Source: an uncultured Acetatifactor sp.
GTDB lineage: Bacteria; Bacillota; Clostridia; Lachnospirales; Lachnospiraceae
Length of the DNA stretch: 64,000 bases
Assembly: GCA_910579755.1 (NCBI GenBank)
Contig: CAJTVB010000011.1
Location: 11,742 to 75,741, forward strand
Direction: 5' to 3'
The notes under the pieces were generated by a model that made no database searches, was not told where the DNA came from, and saw nothing but the letters and a program-made list of their open reading frames with translations. The position numbers were made by a program, and so were the translations under genes. Each line of letters starts with the position of its first letter. The stretch's first letter is position 1. Of this stretch, positions 17,090 through 26,535 are shown one piece after another.

Positions 17090-18532
17090 TCATGCCGTAT
17101 AGTCCACCGTACTTCCGTTGGCAGTCATAATTTCCGCTGCCAGTACATCCTCCTGTTCCATTTCCTCGACGGAAAAAGGATCATTCAGATCAATTCTTCT
17201 GGTCCGGGCTTTTCTTTCCGGTTCCCGGCCCTGGTTTCCGCGGCCCCTTCCCTGCTCCAGATTTCTCTCAAAGGCATGGGACTGAACCGTTACCTCGATA
17301 GCCTCCACCTTTACGCCCTGCTCCTCAAAGCTTTCCTTCAGCTGGATCATCTGGCTTTCCAGCGCAGATTTCACCGCCTCGTTCTGGGTGATAAAGTTCG
17401 CCGTAATCACGCCGCCCTTTGACGCCACCTGTACCTGCAGAGTGCCGAGACTGGCAGGATGCAGCTGCATTTCCAGATTTGTGAGCTCCGGTTTCAGGTT
17501 AATCCGCATATAGTCCATAACCTGGCGCATGATGTCCTGGGTGGATGTATCCCATTGACTGGCGGACAGCGCCTCGCTCCTTTGAAGCTGTGGCTGAAAT
17601 TGTTCCGCGCGCAGATTTTGAGCAAACAGATTCAGATTCTGATTTTCTCCGCTTTCCCGGTGGCGGCTTCCCTTTTCTTCTCCGGCGCCGGTCTGTTCAC
17701 CGGCATTTTCCCTGTTCCAGACCTGCTGTGTTGGAGTCTCCTCCTGCACCATGGTCTGCTCCGGCTCCCGGACTGCCTTCTGGCCCTGATCCACAGGCTC
17801 TTCAACCGAAGTTTTCTCCGGTATAATCCGGATATCCTCTGTAAGCTCTTCCGGAATCTCGGGGAGAGTCAAAGTCTCCTCCTGCGGCTGAGCTTCCTGC
17901 ACTTCTCCATTCTGCACCGAGATTTCCTTCAGCTGCTGTGCCAGCTCGTTTAACTGCTCTGGATTCAGCTGAAGCTCTCTGCCGCATTCCTGAAGTACGG
18001 TGCTCAGCTCTCCCATCAGCTCCCGATAGCTTCCGTACAGCTCCTCATTGGTCACAAGAGCACTGGAATCCTGCGCTCCTCCCACCTTCAGAATCAGTTC
18101 ACCCAAAGCCCGGGGATCCAAAACATCCAGCTGCTCCATTCCCAGCTCTTCCATGGCGGCGCTCAGTTCCTCCACCGTCACCCCAAAGGTATCCGCGATC
18201 TGTTCCATCAGCTCTGCAGCCGCCGGCCCCAGCACCTCCATGGCCGCTCTCAGCTCATCCTCCGAAAGCTCCCATGCCTCACCGTTTTCCTCCGCAGGCT
18301 CCTGCTTTTCGGTGCGTACCCGATGTGCGTCTCTGGCCTTCAGAGAATCACCCGGCACCTTTTTTACCGCCGCCCTGGACTCGGTTTCCTGGCTGCCCGA
18401 AGGCTCCTTCCCCGACTGGTTGTTCCAGACCGCCTGGAAACTGCCCCCTGTCACGTTTTTGGCTCCCGAGCCAGCCGCCGGCGCCAGATTGGTCAGGATG
18501 GAACTGACATCCTTTACCGATGTGTTTGTCAT
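17090..18532 (-). CDS. fliK: Flagellar hook-length control protein FliK
   Basis: C-terminal Flg_hook-type domain (LKPELTNLEMQLHPASLGTLQVQVASKGGVITANFITQNEAVKSALE). The start is placed at MTNTSVKD, which is preceded by AAAGGAGG. The ORF-track start at 18589 is probably an over-extension. Confidence 0.75.
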   Translation of the reverse strand: MTNTSVKDVSSILTNLAPAAGSGAKNVTGGSFQAVWNNQSGKEPSGSQETESRAAVKKVPGDSLKARDAHRVRTEKQEPAEENGEAWELSEDELRAAMEVLGPAAAELMEQIADTFGVTVEELSAAMEELGMEQLDVLDPRALGELILKVGGAQDSSALVTNEELYGSYRELMGELSTVLQECGRELQLNPEQLNELAQQLKEISVQNGEVQEAQPQEETLTLPEIPEELTEDIRIIPEKTSVEEPVDQGQKAVREPEQTMVQEETPTQQVWNRENAGEQTGAGEEKGSRHRESGENQNLNLFAQNLRAEQFQPQLQRSEALSASQWDTSTQDIMRQVMDYMRINLKPELTNLEMQLHPASLGTLQVQVASKGGVITANFITQNEAVKSALESQMIQLKESFEEQGVKVEAIEVTVQSHAFERNLEQGRGRGNQGREPERKARTRRIDLNDPFSVEEMEQEDVLAAEIMTANGSTVDYTA

Positions 18533-18617
18533 TTGTGGCCTCCTTTCCGCAATCTCCTGACTGCTTTTTTCGGGAAAAAAATCTCCCATATTTTTATCGG
18601 CCCCAAAGACAAAAACC

Positions 18618-19505
18618 TTAAGAGCTGGGATCCATCATTTTTGTCAAACGTGCGGCGACCTCTGCATCCATAGACTCCAGGATTTTACTCCTCTGCTCTG
18701 CCGTCATAGCCTCCAGAATCCGAGCCACCTGAGCCAAATCACTGGTCATTCCCTCAAAAATCTTAGCCGCCTTCTTTGCATTCATCTCTGTATAAGTTTT
18801 TACAAACTGTTTGATCTCTTCATCTTCCTCCTGCTGAAGCACCACCTGTTTATAGAGGAATTCTGCTGTGGCGGGATCCATGGCCTCATAATACTTCTTA
18901 AACTCCTCGATCCCGGGCCCCTTGTCGGAATAAACGACTTCTTCGTAAAACTCATTCATGATCCGCTGGAACTCCACCTGCTTTGCCTCAAACTCCTTCA
19001 GCCTTGCGACCTCCGCCTTCAGCTGCTCCAGGTCGCTGTCCTTAGAATTGGAGGCTGTCTGCACTCGATCCAGCTCCAGCTCCAGCTCCCGGATCCGGTC
19101 CACCGCCTCCTTCAGATCATTGTAGCCGCCATAGCTCTCCTGGGTAGTGGAATTCCCGCCAAGGGCAGAGCCCGGCAAAATCAGATTCAGTACAGGAACA
19201 TCCTTCAGAATCGGTGTGAGCACTCTGCTTCCGAATCCACCCACATCCAGCTTTACTATGACGCAGATCACAGCGATCCACAGCACCACAATCACTACTG
19301 TCGCCCCAAAGGTCACCAGGCCGTTTCCCTCGTCCATCCCCAAGGCTTCCTCCTGCTTGGCAATTTCCCTGGCCCGGCGCTTTGCCTCCTTTTTCTGCTC
19401 CTTCTGTTCCTTTTTCAGCTGCTTTTTATCATCCAGGACCTTCTGCTTTTCATCTTCTGTCCCGACTGCCTCCGGCACTGCTTCCTTTGCTTTTGCTTTT
19501 GCCAT
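18618..19505 (-). CDS. YlxF/MotE-like flagellar protein (K/E-rich N-terminus, one TM helix, coiled coil, MgtE-N/FliG-like helical C-terminus)
   Basis: It lies between fliJ and fliK as ylxF does in B. subtilis. The C-terminal sequence LAQVARILEAMTAEQRSKILESMDAEVAARLTKMM resembles the MgtE N-terminal fold. The start at MAKAKAKE follows GAGGAGAG. Confidence 0.5.
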   Translation of the reverse strand: MAKAKAKEAVPEAVGTEDEKQKVLDDKKQLKKEQKEQKKEAKRRAREIAKQEEALGMDEGNGLVTFGATVVIVVLWIAVICVIVKLDVGGFGSRVLTPILKDVPVLNLILPGSALGGNSTTQESYGGYNDLKEAVDRIRELELELDRVQTASNSKDSDLEQLKAEVARLKEFEAKQVEFQRIMNEFYEEVVYSDKGPGIEEFKKYYEAMDPATAEFLYKQVVLQQEEDEEIKQFVKTYTEMNAKKAAKIFEGMTSDLAQVARILEAMTAEQRSKILESMDAEVAARLTKMMDPSS

Positions 19506-19513
19506 AACTCTCC

Positions 19514-19969
19514 TCATTTCCCGGCGCTTCTCCGCTGTCCGTAAGTATAACTGGTAAGCTCGTCGATCTCCTTCCCCTCCTGCCTCTTCTCTTCCATTAG
19601 GAATGCGTCAAAGGCCTTTTCCTTCAGAGTCTCATGAGTTTTCCGCTCCATCATCACTTCCGTCAAGCGAATCCTTGCCTGCTCCAGATTTTTTTCTGCC
19701 GCCGCCACACGAAGGCGCTGCTCCGCAATATAATCCTCCATCCGCTGAATCGCGGTTCTGTTCTCTTCGATTTTACCCACATCCAGTGCTCCCGCTAAAA
19801 GCTCCTGGGCCCTCCGCTCGTATCCGTCCTTCCTCTGGAAAAGCTGCTTAAGCCGCTCCTCCTCCCGGTCCAGCGCCGCCCGTGCCGCGGAAAACTCCTG
19901 CTTTGCCTGGGTCTCCATCTTCATTTTTATATTCAGGATACTCTGCATGGAGTATCGAAATCGCGCCAT
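19514..19969 (-). CDS. fliJ: Flagellar export chaperone-like protein FliJ
   Basis: 151-aa coiled-coil protein directly downstream of fliI. The N-terminus FRYSMQSILNIK... is typical of FliJ. Confidence 0.7.
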   Translation of the reverse strand: MARFRYSMQSILNIKMKMETQAKQEFSAARAALDREEERLKQLFQRKDGYERRAQELLAGALDVGKIEENRTAIQRMEDYIAEQRLRVAAAEKNLEQARIRLTEVMMERKTHETLKEKAFDAFLMEEKRQEGKEIDELTSYTYGQRRSAGK

Positions 19970-20024
19970 ACCGCCTGTTCTCCGCCTTTTTTACACTTTC
20001 ATGCATCACGGCGCCACAGATTGT

Positions 20025-21344
20025 CTACTCGTCAAACAATCCGTGAAGCATTGACACACTTGTCTCAAATTCAAATTTCTCATCCACATCCTGACACAAA
20101 AATTGATTTACTGCATCAATCTTGGATATGGCATAATCGATGGAAGGATTACTGCCGGACTTATAGGCGCCGATATTGATCAGATCCTCCGCCTCATTAT
20201 AGGTGGCAAGCACATTTTTCAGCCTGCCCGCCACCTGCTTGTGATCCTTTTCGGCAATCTGACTCATACACCGGGAAATACTCTGCAAAATGTCGATTGC
20301 CGGATAATGATTCTTATGCCCCAGCTTTCTGTCCAACATGATATGACCGTCAAGAATACTTCTGGCCGTATCCGTGATGGGCTCATTGAAATCGTCTCCG
20401 TCTACCAAAACCGTGTACAATCCGGTGATAGAGCCCCTGGAGGCCCTTCCCGCCCGCTCTAAAAGCTTGGGCATTTCCGAATATACGCTGGGAGGATAGC
20501 CTCTGCTCACCGGCGGTTCGCCGCTGGCCAGGCCGATCTCTCTCTGTGCCATGGAAAAACGGGTCAGGGAATCCATCATAAGCAATACATCCTTCCCCTG
20601 GTCTCTGAAATATTCCGCTATGGCCGTAGCCGTCTTGGCCGCCTTATTTCTCTCCAGGGCAGGTCTGTCCGAAGTGGAAACCACTACCACGGACCTTCTC
20701 ATGCCTTCTTCTCCCAGATCCCGTTCAATAAACTCTCTTACTTCCCTGCCTCGTTCGCCGATCAGCGCGATCACATTAATGTCCGCCCTGGTATTTCTGG
20801 CAAACATTCCCATCAAGGTGGATTTTCCCACTCCGGAGCCGGCAAAAATACCGATACGCTGCCCCTTTCCCACAGTGATCAATCCGTCTACGGCTTTTAC
20901 CCCCAGGGGAAGAACCTCGTCAATAATCTCCCTGCTCATGGGAGCGGGAGGCGCCGCCTCCACCAGATAGGGAATCCCGTCGGGAACCGTCCCGTCCAGA
21001 AAGCGCCCCAGTCCGTCCAGCGTCTTTCCCAGCAGCTCGTCACTCACCGACACCTGCAGAGGATTTCCTGTATTTTCCACAATACATCCCAGCCCGATCC
21101 CGTCCACGGAATCATAGGGCATCAGCAGTGTCTTTCTGTCTCGAAAGCCCACCACCTCCGCCATAATAGGCTGCCGCTCTCCCCGGCTTTCGGGAACGAT
21201 CCTGCAGATATCCCCCAGCCTGGCGTCAGGCCCCGAAGACTCTATGGTCAGCCCTACCACATTCACGACCTTTCCCAATCTGCGGAAACAGGTGCTTTCC
21301 ATTAATTTATAATACTTTTCCAAATTTACAGAAACAGCTTCCAA
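20025..21344 (-). CDS. fliI: Flagellum-specific ATPase FliI
   Basis: Walker A GSGVGKSTLMGM and Walker B VLLMMDSLTR. 439 aa, F1-ATPase beta-like. Confidence 0.95.
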   Translation of the reverse strand: MEAVSVNLEKYYKLMESTCFRRLGKVVNVVGLTIESSGPDARLGDICRIVPESRGERQPIMAEVVGFRDRKTLLMPYDSVDGIGLGCIVENTGNPLQVSVSDELLGKTLDGLGRFLDGTVPDGIPYLVEAAPPAPMSREIIDEVLPLGVKAVDGLITVGKGQRIGIFAGSGVGKSTLMGMFARNTRADINVIALIGERGREVREFIERDLGEEGMRRSVVVVSTSDRPALERNKAAKTATAIAEYFRDQGKDVLLMMDSLTRFSMAQREIGLASGEPPVSRGYPPSVYSEMPKLLERAGRASRGSITGLYTVLVDGDDFNEPITDTARSILDGHIMLDRKLGHKNHYPAIDILQSISRCMSQIAEKDHKQVAGRLKNVLATYNEAEDLINIGAYKSGSNPSIDYAISKIDAVNQFLCQDVDEKFEFETSVSMLHGLFDE

Positions 21345-21362
21345 AAGATCCCTCCTGCCGCT

Positions 21363-22226
21363 TTATTCCCTGGACCAGGACAATAAAGCCAGCTTCTGCT
21401 TCAATTCAGCCAGCTGCGTGCCCAAACCACAGTCAAATATACCGCCGTCCGTCTCAATCAGGCATTCATTTTTTTCCAGCGACATATCCTCTGTCACTTC
21501 CACTGCACAACTGCCCGCTCCCCCCTCTGTGATGATCTGCTTCTTCTGCATACTCACATAAGGGTAATCCTCTCTGGACACCCGGATGGTAAAGCTGCGG
21601 CTTCCGTCCGCCTTGCGCATGGCAGCAGTAATCAGATATGTCAAAATATCACGATAGGAGGAAAGCTCCACATGGAAAAAATGCTGATAGATCTCCGTGA
21701 TGGCATCCACCAGCCTGGGTTCCAGCTCCTGAAGCTGCTGCTGGTAAAAGGCTTCCAGCTGCTTTTCTTTTACCTGATATTCTTTTTTAACAGCTTCAAC
21801 CTGGGCTTCAGCCTGAGCCTTCGCCTGGGTCAAGCCCTCGTTATGTCCCTGCTTTCTGGCTGTTTCCCGGATCTGCTCCTTCTCGGCTTCTGCCGCTGCC
21901 ACGGCTTCCCTGCGAATATTCTCCGCCTCCTCCCGCGCCTGGGCCAGCAGGCTCTCCGCCTGCTCCCGGGCCTGGGACTCGATCCTTTTGGCCTCCTCAT
22001 TGGCCTTAATCACGTTGCCGCTTTCCGATTCTCCGGCGGAGGACACTTCTATGGTCTCCGCCGCCAGCCCCGAAACAAAGCCTTCTTTCATCGGCTGCTT
22101 CTCCTGGAGCTCAGCCATTTCTCTTCTCTGCCGAAGTACTCCGTTAGTGTCAATAACTCTTTTTTCATCCGACACTGTCACGGTAAATACCTGTTTTACC
22201 AGATTCCTAGACAACAATTTCGTCAC
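21363..22226 (-). CDS. fliH: Flagellar assembly protein FliH
   Basis: 287 aa with an E/A/Q-rich coiled coil followed by a FliH-type C-terminal domain. It sits between fliG and fliI and overlaps the fliG 3' end. Confidence 0.7.
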   Translation of the reverse strand: MTKLLSRNLVKQVFTVTVSDEKRVIDTNGVLRQRREMAELQEKQPMKEGFVSGLAAETIEVSSAGESESGNVIKANEEAKRIESQAREQAESLLAQAREEAENIRREAVAAAEAEKEQIRETARKQGHNEGLTQAKAQAEAQVEAVKKEYQVKEKQLEAFYQQQLQELEPRLVDAITEIYQHFFHVELSSYRDILTYLITAAMRKADGSRSFTIRVSREDYPYVSMQKKQIITEGGAGSCAVEVTEDMSLEKNECLIETDGGIFDCGLGTQLAELKQKLALLSWSRE

Positions 22227-23238
22227 CTCCGCCTCTGGAAATCACGATCTCCCCTGAATCCTCCAGCTTCCTGATAATATTTACAATCTTCTGCTGGGCT
22301 TCCTCTACATCCTTCATGCGGACAGGGCCCATAAATTCCATATCTTCCTTGATCATAACAGCCAGACGCTTGGACAGGTTGTCGAAGATAGCGTTCTGAA
22401 CCTGCTCATTGGCATTCTTCATGGCGATTGCCAGATCATTGTTATCCACATCACGCAGCACACGCTGAATGGCTCTGTTGTCCAGCAGCAACACATCCTC
22501 GAACACAAACATTTTCTTTCTGATCTCGTCGGCCAGCTCCGGCTCCTCGATCTCCAGAGTTTCCATAATATGGCGCTCTGTGCTCCTGTCTACGGTATTC
22601 AGGACCTCCACTACTGCGTCTACGCCGCCGATAATAGTGTAATCCTGATTTACCAGGCTGGCCATCTTGGATTCCAGCACCTTCTCCACTTCCTTGATCA
22701 CATCCGGACTGGTACGATCCATAACCGCAATACGCTTGGCCACATCCGCCTGTCTCTCGGCAGGCAGGCCTGAAAGGATCATTGCGGCCTGAGATGCCGA
22801 CAGATAAGACAAAATCAGCGCAATCGTCTGGGGATGTTCGTCCTGAATAAAGTTGATCAGCTGTGAAGGGTCTGTCTTGCGTATAAACTCGAAAGGCTTC
22901 ACCTGCAGGGAGGCCGTCAGCTTGCCGATAACATCCATTGCCTTTTCGGCTCCCAGCGCCTTTTCCAGCAGATCCCTGGCATAATTAATGCCGCCCTCTG
23001 CAATGTATTGCTGAGCCAGACACACCTCGTAAAACTCATCGATGATCTGTTCCTTTATCTGAGGCGTCACACTCCGCGTATTGGCAATCTCCAGCGTCAG
23101 CTCTTCTATCTCGTCCTCCTTCAGATGCTTGAAAATTCCTGCCGATCTCTCCGGCCCTAAAGCTATCAGAAGGATCGCGGCTTTTTGAAGTCCCTTCAGG
23201 CTCTGCTCCATCTCCGTATTAGCAGCATTAGCAGCCAT
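22207..23238 (-). CDS. fliG: Flagellar motor switch protein FliG
   Basis: Conserved FliG sequence (KAAILLIALGPE, MFVFEDVLLLD, charged C-terminal torque helix). The start is set at MAANAAN; the ORF-track start is 5 codons upstream. Confidence 0.9.
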   Translation of the reverse strand: MAANAANTEMEQSLKGLQKAAILLIALGPERSAGIFKHLKEDEIEELTLEIANTRSVTPQIKEQIIDEFYEVCLAQQYIAEGGINYARDLLEKALGAEKAMDVIGKLTASLQVKPFEFIRKTDPSQLINFIQDEHPQTIALILSYLSASQAAMILSGLPAERQADVAKRIAVMDRTSPDVIKEVEKVLESKMASLVNQDYTIIGGVDAVVEVLNTVDRSTERHIMETLEIEEPELADEIRKKMFVFEDVLLLDNRAIQRVLRDVDNNDLAIAMKNANEQVQNAIFDNLSKRLAVMIKEDMEFMGPVRMKDVEEAQQKIVNIIRKLEDSGEIVISRGGGDEIVV

Positions 23239-23243
23239 ATTCT

Positions 23244-24857
23244 TTACCCCCAATCGTCACTCAGCCAGTTCCGCAGCAGACTTGCGGCGGCATCCGGATT
23301 TTCGTCCACAAATTTCTCTACCATCAAGCGTTTCTCAGACTTCGCCTCCAGATCAATATCCTCCAGCTCGCTTTCCGGCATAGATTGCAGCATCTCTTCC
23401 ACGGACAACTCCTCTTCTACAGGCTCTTCCGCAGCTTCCTTCTTCACACGCATACTGCGCAGAACCACAAATCCCAGAAGCCCCAGTATCAACACGATCA
23501 TCACGATACTGAGAATATCTGTACCGCTGACCGGCAGTCCTTCTTTATCATAGAAAACAGGTGATTCATATGCCAGAATTGTAATTCGATCCTGGCTGAT
23601 GCCGGTGGCATTGGCCACCATGCTATAATATTCCTCATCCACCTCCAGCTTCACGTCCCGGCTGTTGGCGGCCTTGAATTCCTCCCAGGTCATGCCATCC
23701 AGAAGCCCCTGGGCTTTTACAGTTTCCTCATAATAATCCCTGCGGCTGAACATGGATACCGCTATGGATGAGCTGTCATATTTTATACTGCCGGGAGACG
23801 TAACCCACTCCTCATAAGAGTGGTTAGGCTGAAAATGCTCCTTCCGCTCCGACTGGGACGATTCTCCGCTGCTGGCATCAGGATTCAGATATCCTGTCTG
23901 TTCGTTTCCGTCATTGGTATCCGTTCCGGGAATGCCCACCAGTCCGTTGCTGCTGCTGGATTCAAAGGTTTCCCGGTCAATCACCATCCCGTTCTCCTGT
24001 CCCGAGTTGGCATAATACTCATCCACATTCTTCCGGTACTCGGAAAAATCCATATCCAGATGGCTGGAAACCTCGATCATGCTGTATTGCCCCGTGCCCA
24101 AAAGCACCTTTTTCACACGGTTGGCCAAAAGAGTATGTGCCTGTTCCTGCAGCTCCTGCATGGATGTGGCAAAGCTTCCATAATCGTAATCGTCTCCGCC
24201 GGCAAAAAGCATATTGCCGGTCCGGTCCATAATGGTGATATTAGCCGTACTTGCATTTCCCATGCTGCAGGCCGCCATCTGTGCCAGTGCCGCCGCGGTG
24301 GCCGAAGAAATGCTTTCCCGAAGTCCCAGGGTAACAGTTACCGAAACCTCTGCCTGCTGATCAGTGAGGCGGCCCGTGTCCCGAGGTCTGTTCATCATCA
24401 CCTGAGCGCTTTCTACCTGCGCCTGCAGAAGAAACATATTTTCCAGTTCTTTCTGCAGAAACATCGTATATTGATTTTCCCGGTCCGCGGAGGTAGTGGA
24501 CATACTGCTTTGCACCCAGTCTCCATACTTTAAGTCATCCGGCGTAAAACCGGCTGTAGCCAAAGCATAATGAGCCTGCGTCAACTGGCTGTTCTCCACC
24601 TCTATAACCAGTCCATCCGTGGATTCCTTGTGAGTGATTCCCGCATCATTCAGGATCTCAACAACCTTTGCCGCATCCGATGTATTGCTATATGTACCGA
24701 TCTTTGTATATTCAGGTCTGGTGAAGGTATATGTAACGATCACAACCGTAAAGACCGCCACCGCTATGGTAGCTATTAGAATTGTCTTTTGTTTTGAGGT
24801 AAATTTATTCCACCATTCCAGAATTTTACCCGGAATCTCTTTCAGCTTGTCAGCCAT
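23244..24857 (-). CDS. fliF: Flagellar MS-ring protein FliF
   Basis: 537 aa with N-terminal and C-terminal TM helices flanking a large periplasmic region. The acidic C-terminus is of the FliG-binding type. It follows fliE. Confidence 0.9.
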   Translation of the reverse strand: MADKLKEIPGKILEWWNKFTSKQKTILIATIAVAVFTVVIVTYTFTRPEYTKIGTYSNTSDAAKVVEILNDAGITHKESTDGLVIEVENSQLTQAHYALATAGFTPDDLKYGDWVQSSMSTTSADRENQYTMFLQKELENMFLLQAQVESAQVMMNRPRDTGRLTDQQAEVSVTVTLGLRESISSATAAALAQMAACSMGNASTANITIMDRTGNMLFAGGDDYDYGSFATSMQELQEQAHTLLANRVKKVLLGTGQYSMIEVSSHLDMDFSEYRKNVDEYYANSGQENGMVIDRETFESSSSNGLVGIPGTDTNDGNEQTGYLNPDASSGESSQSERKEHFQPNHSYEEWVTSPGSIKYDSSSIAVSMFSRRDYYEETVKAQGLLDGMTWEEFKAANSRDVKLEVDEEYYSMVANATGISQDRITILAYESPVFYDKEGLPVSGTDILSIVMIVLILGLLGFVVLRSMRVKKEAAEEPVEEELSVEEMLQSMPESELEDIDLEAKSEKRLMVEKFVDENPDAAASLLRNWLSDDWG

Positions 24858-24956
24858 GGTATTTCTCCCCTAGTCATTTTGTCTTGTCATAACTGCCCTG
24901 CGCTCCATACCGGGCACAGCCCTGCAGAAGCTCCCCTGCAGGCAGTTACGAACTCA

Positions 24957-25298
24957 TTAGATCTGAATCTGCATGATCTCCCTGTATGCCTCCAGAAGCT
25001 TATCCCGGACGGCAACGGTATATTGCAACGCGGAAGAAGCCTTCTGCATGGCGATGGTCAAATCATGAGCATTCTCCGTTTCTCCCAGGGCAAAGCTGAT
25101 ATACTCATTTTCCATATCGGAAAGATAATTGTTTGTGGTTTTAATATTATCTATGGCAGAATTCAACACACTGTCAAACAAAGTTCCGTCGGTTTTTTCT
25201 TTTTTTTCAGCCAGAGTTCCGGTCAATGAAGTCACTCTGGCAGACGACACCCGGTCTGCACTGTTTATGCTTCCCAGCTCTGAAATTGTCAGATCCAT
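24957..25298 (-). CDS. fliE: Flagellar hook-basal body protein FliE
   Basis: The C-terminal sequence AMQKASSALQYTVAVRDKLLEAYREIMQIQI is typical of FliE. The start at MDLTISEL is preceded by GGAGGAG at 8-nt spacing, so the ORF-track start at 25355 is rejected. Confidence 0.8.
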   Translation of the reverse strand: MDLTISELGSINSADRVSSARVTSLTGTLAEKKEKTDGTLFDSVLNSAIDNIKTTNNYLSDMENEYISFALGETENAHDLTIAMQKASSALQYTVAVRDKLLEAYREIMQIQI

Positions 25299-25382
25299 TC
25301 TATGTACTCCTCCATCCTGCTGCTCATACTTCGTTACAAAAACAATTGGCAGCAATTCAACGATCCACCTGCACCATTACAT

Positions 25383-25832
25383 TTATTGAGCCAGCTCCAA
25401 AGCCTTGAGCACCATGGCCTTGCTGGCGTTAAAAGCCGTGGAATTTGCCTCATAGGCACGGCTTGCATCAATCATATTTGTCATCTCTGTGATAATATTT
25501 ACATTAGGATATTCCACATACCCATTCTCGTCCGCATCGGGATGAGAAGGATCATACACCAGATTCATTTCCGTCACATGGTCCTCATAGACTCCATGCA
25601 CCTTGACACCTGCTCCTGTATAATCCTGGCCGCGGGTCGCCTGTCCAAGAACCCGCTGAAAGGTATCTCTTCCGCCCTTTTCTTCAAAGGCCACTACCTT
25701 TCTACGGTACGGCGTACCGTCTGCCGTCCTCGTGGTGCTGGCATTGGCAACATTCTCCGAAATCACGTCCATGCGGTATCTCTGTGCTGTCAGACCTGAT
25801 GCGTTTATGTTAAATGCCGAAAACATACTCAT
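25383..25832 (-). CDS. flgC: Flagellar basal-body rod protein FlgC
   Basis: SAFNINASGLTAQRYRMDVISENVANASTTRT is the rod-protein N-terminal motif. The start at MSMF is preceded by AAGGAGG. Confidence 0.9.
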   Translation of the reverse strand: MSMFSAFNINASGLTAQRYRMDVISENVANASTTRTADGTPYRRKVVAFEEKGGRDTFQRVLGQATRGQDYTGAGVKVHGVYEDHVTEMNLVYDPSHPDADENGYVEYPNVNIITEMTNMIDASRAYEANSTAFNASKAMVLKALELAQ

Positions 25833-25882
25833 ACTTTTACCTCCTTGCCCGCCTGCGGCGGGTGCCACTTCTTTTCTATGCT

Positions 25883-25924
25883 GCTTTCATGCTTTTATAT
25901 GCCGCTTCCATGCTTTTATATGCA
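25883..25924. repeat. Two tandem 21-bp units in the flgB-flgC spacer
   Basis: gctttcatgcttttatatgcc (25883-25903) and gcttccatgcttttatatgca (25904-25924) match at 19 of 21 positions. Confidence 0.85.
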
Positions 25925-26033
25925 TTTTATGCGTCATACCCGTGCACATACTCTCCGGATCCCAATGCTCCGTTTGCGGACAGGCTTTCCTTCAGAGCGG
26001 CAGAATACTCCGCCTCCTCACGGCATTACAGCC

Positions 26034-26423
26034 CTACTTCATCACCATCTGCAAATTAGTAAATTCCTGCCGAATGGCAGCGATCAGCCCCTGATATTTC
26101 AACTGGTTTTCAGCAAACATCACGTTCTCATTGTCCACATCCACATTGTTTTTATCCAGGCGATAGGAAAAAGCCGCCTGATCTGTGAACACCTTGGCCG
26201 AGAGATTCTCTTTTCCCGCATCGGCAACTCTGGCATCCATGGATTTGGAGAACCCGCTGCCCAGGGCGCTTTTAAGCGTCTCCTCAAAAGACACGTCCTG
26301 TCTCTTATAGCCCGGAGTGTCCACATTGGACAGATTGTTGGAGATAACCTCATGCCGAAGCCAGCTGGCATCGGCAGCTTTATCTAATACATTTACATAA
26401 TCAAAAACATTTGACTGAAACAT
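26034..26423 (-). CDS. flgB: Flagellar basal-body rod protein FlgB
   Basis: LRHEVISNNLSNVDTPGYKRQDV is the FlgB motif. It is the first gene of the operon. The start at MFQSNVF is preceded by AGGGAGAG. Confidence 0.9.
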   Translation of the reverse strand: MFQSNVFDYVNVLDKAADASWLRHEVISNNLSNVDTPGYKRQDVSFEETLKSALGSGFSKSMDARVADAGKENLSAKVFTDQAAFSYRLDKNNVDVDNENVMFAENQLKYQGLIAAIRQEFTNLQMVMK

Positions 26424-26480
26424 TTTACTCTCCCTTCTTACATGCAAAAACAAGGCAGATACTACAGCCCACCTTATTAC

Positions 26481-26535
26481 ATTATAAATGTTTTCGCCAA
26501 AAACACAATAGATTATATGTTTTTTTCTAAAAACT
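26481..26535 (-). promoter_or_regulatory. Candidate fla/che promoter region: two TATAAT boxes and a CodY-box-like element
   Basis: The minus strand has TATAAT at 26486-26481 and CATATAAT at 26517-26512. AGTTTTTAGAAAAAA (26535-26521) matches the CodY consensus AATTTTCWGAAAATT at 11 of 15 positions. No convincing -35 hexamers were found. Confidence 0.35.

Noticed and set aside
25859-25921. A 20-codon ORF (MCTGMTHKMHIKAWKRHIKA) spanning the tandem repeat in the flgB-flgC spacer.
   Set aside because: - The GGAGAG lies only 1-2 nt from the ATG, which is too close for a functional RBS.
- The peptide sequence simply mirrors the DNA repeat.
- It is kept only as a note within the spacer finding.
26461-26520. 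A possible sigma-D (sigma-28) promoter upstream of flgB: TAAT-15 nt-GGCGAAAA versus the consensus TAAA-N15-GCCGATAT.
   Set aside because: Only 5 of 8 positions match in the -10 and 3 of 4 in the -35. That is too weak to call from sequence alone.
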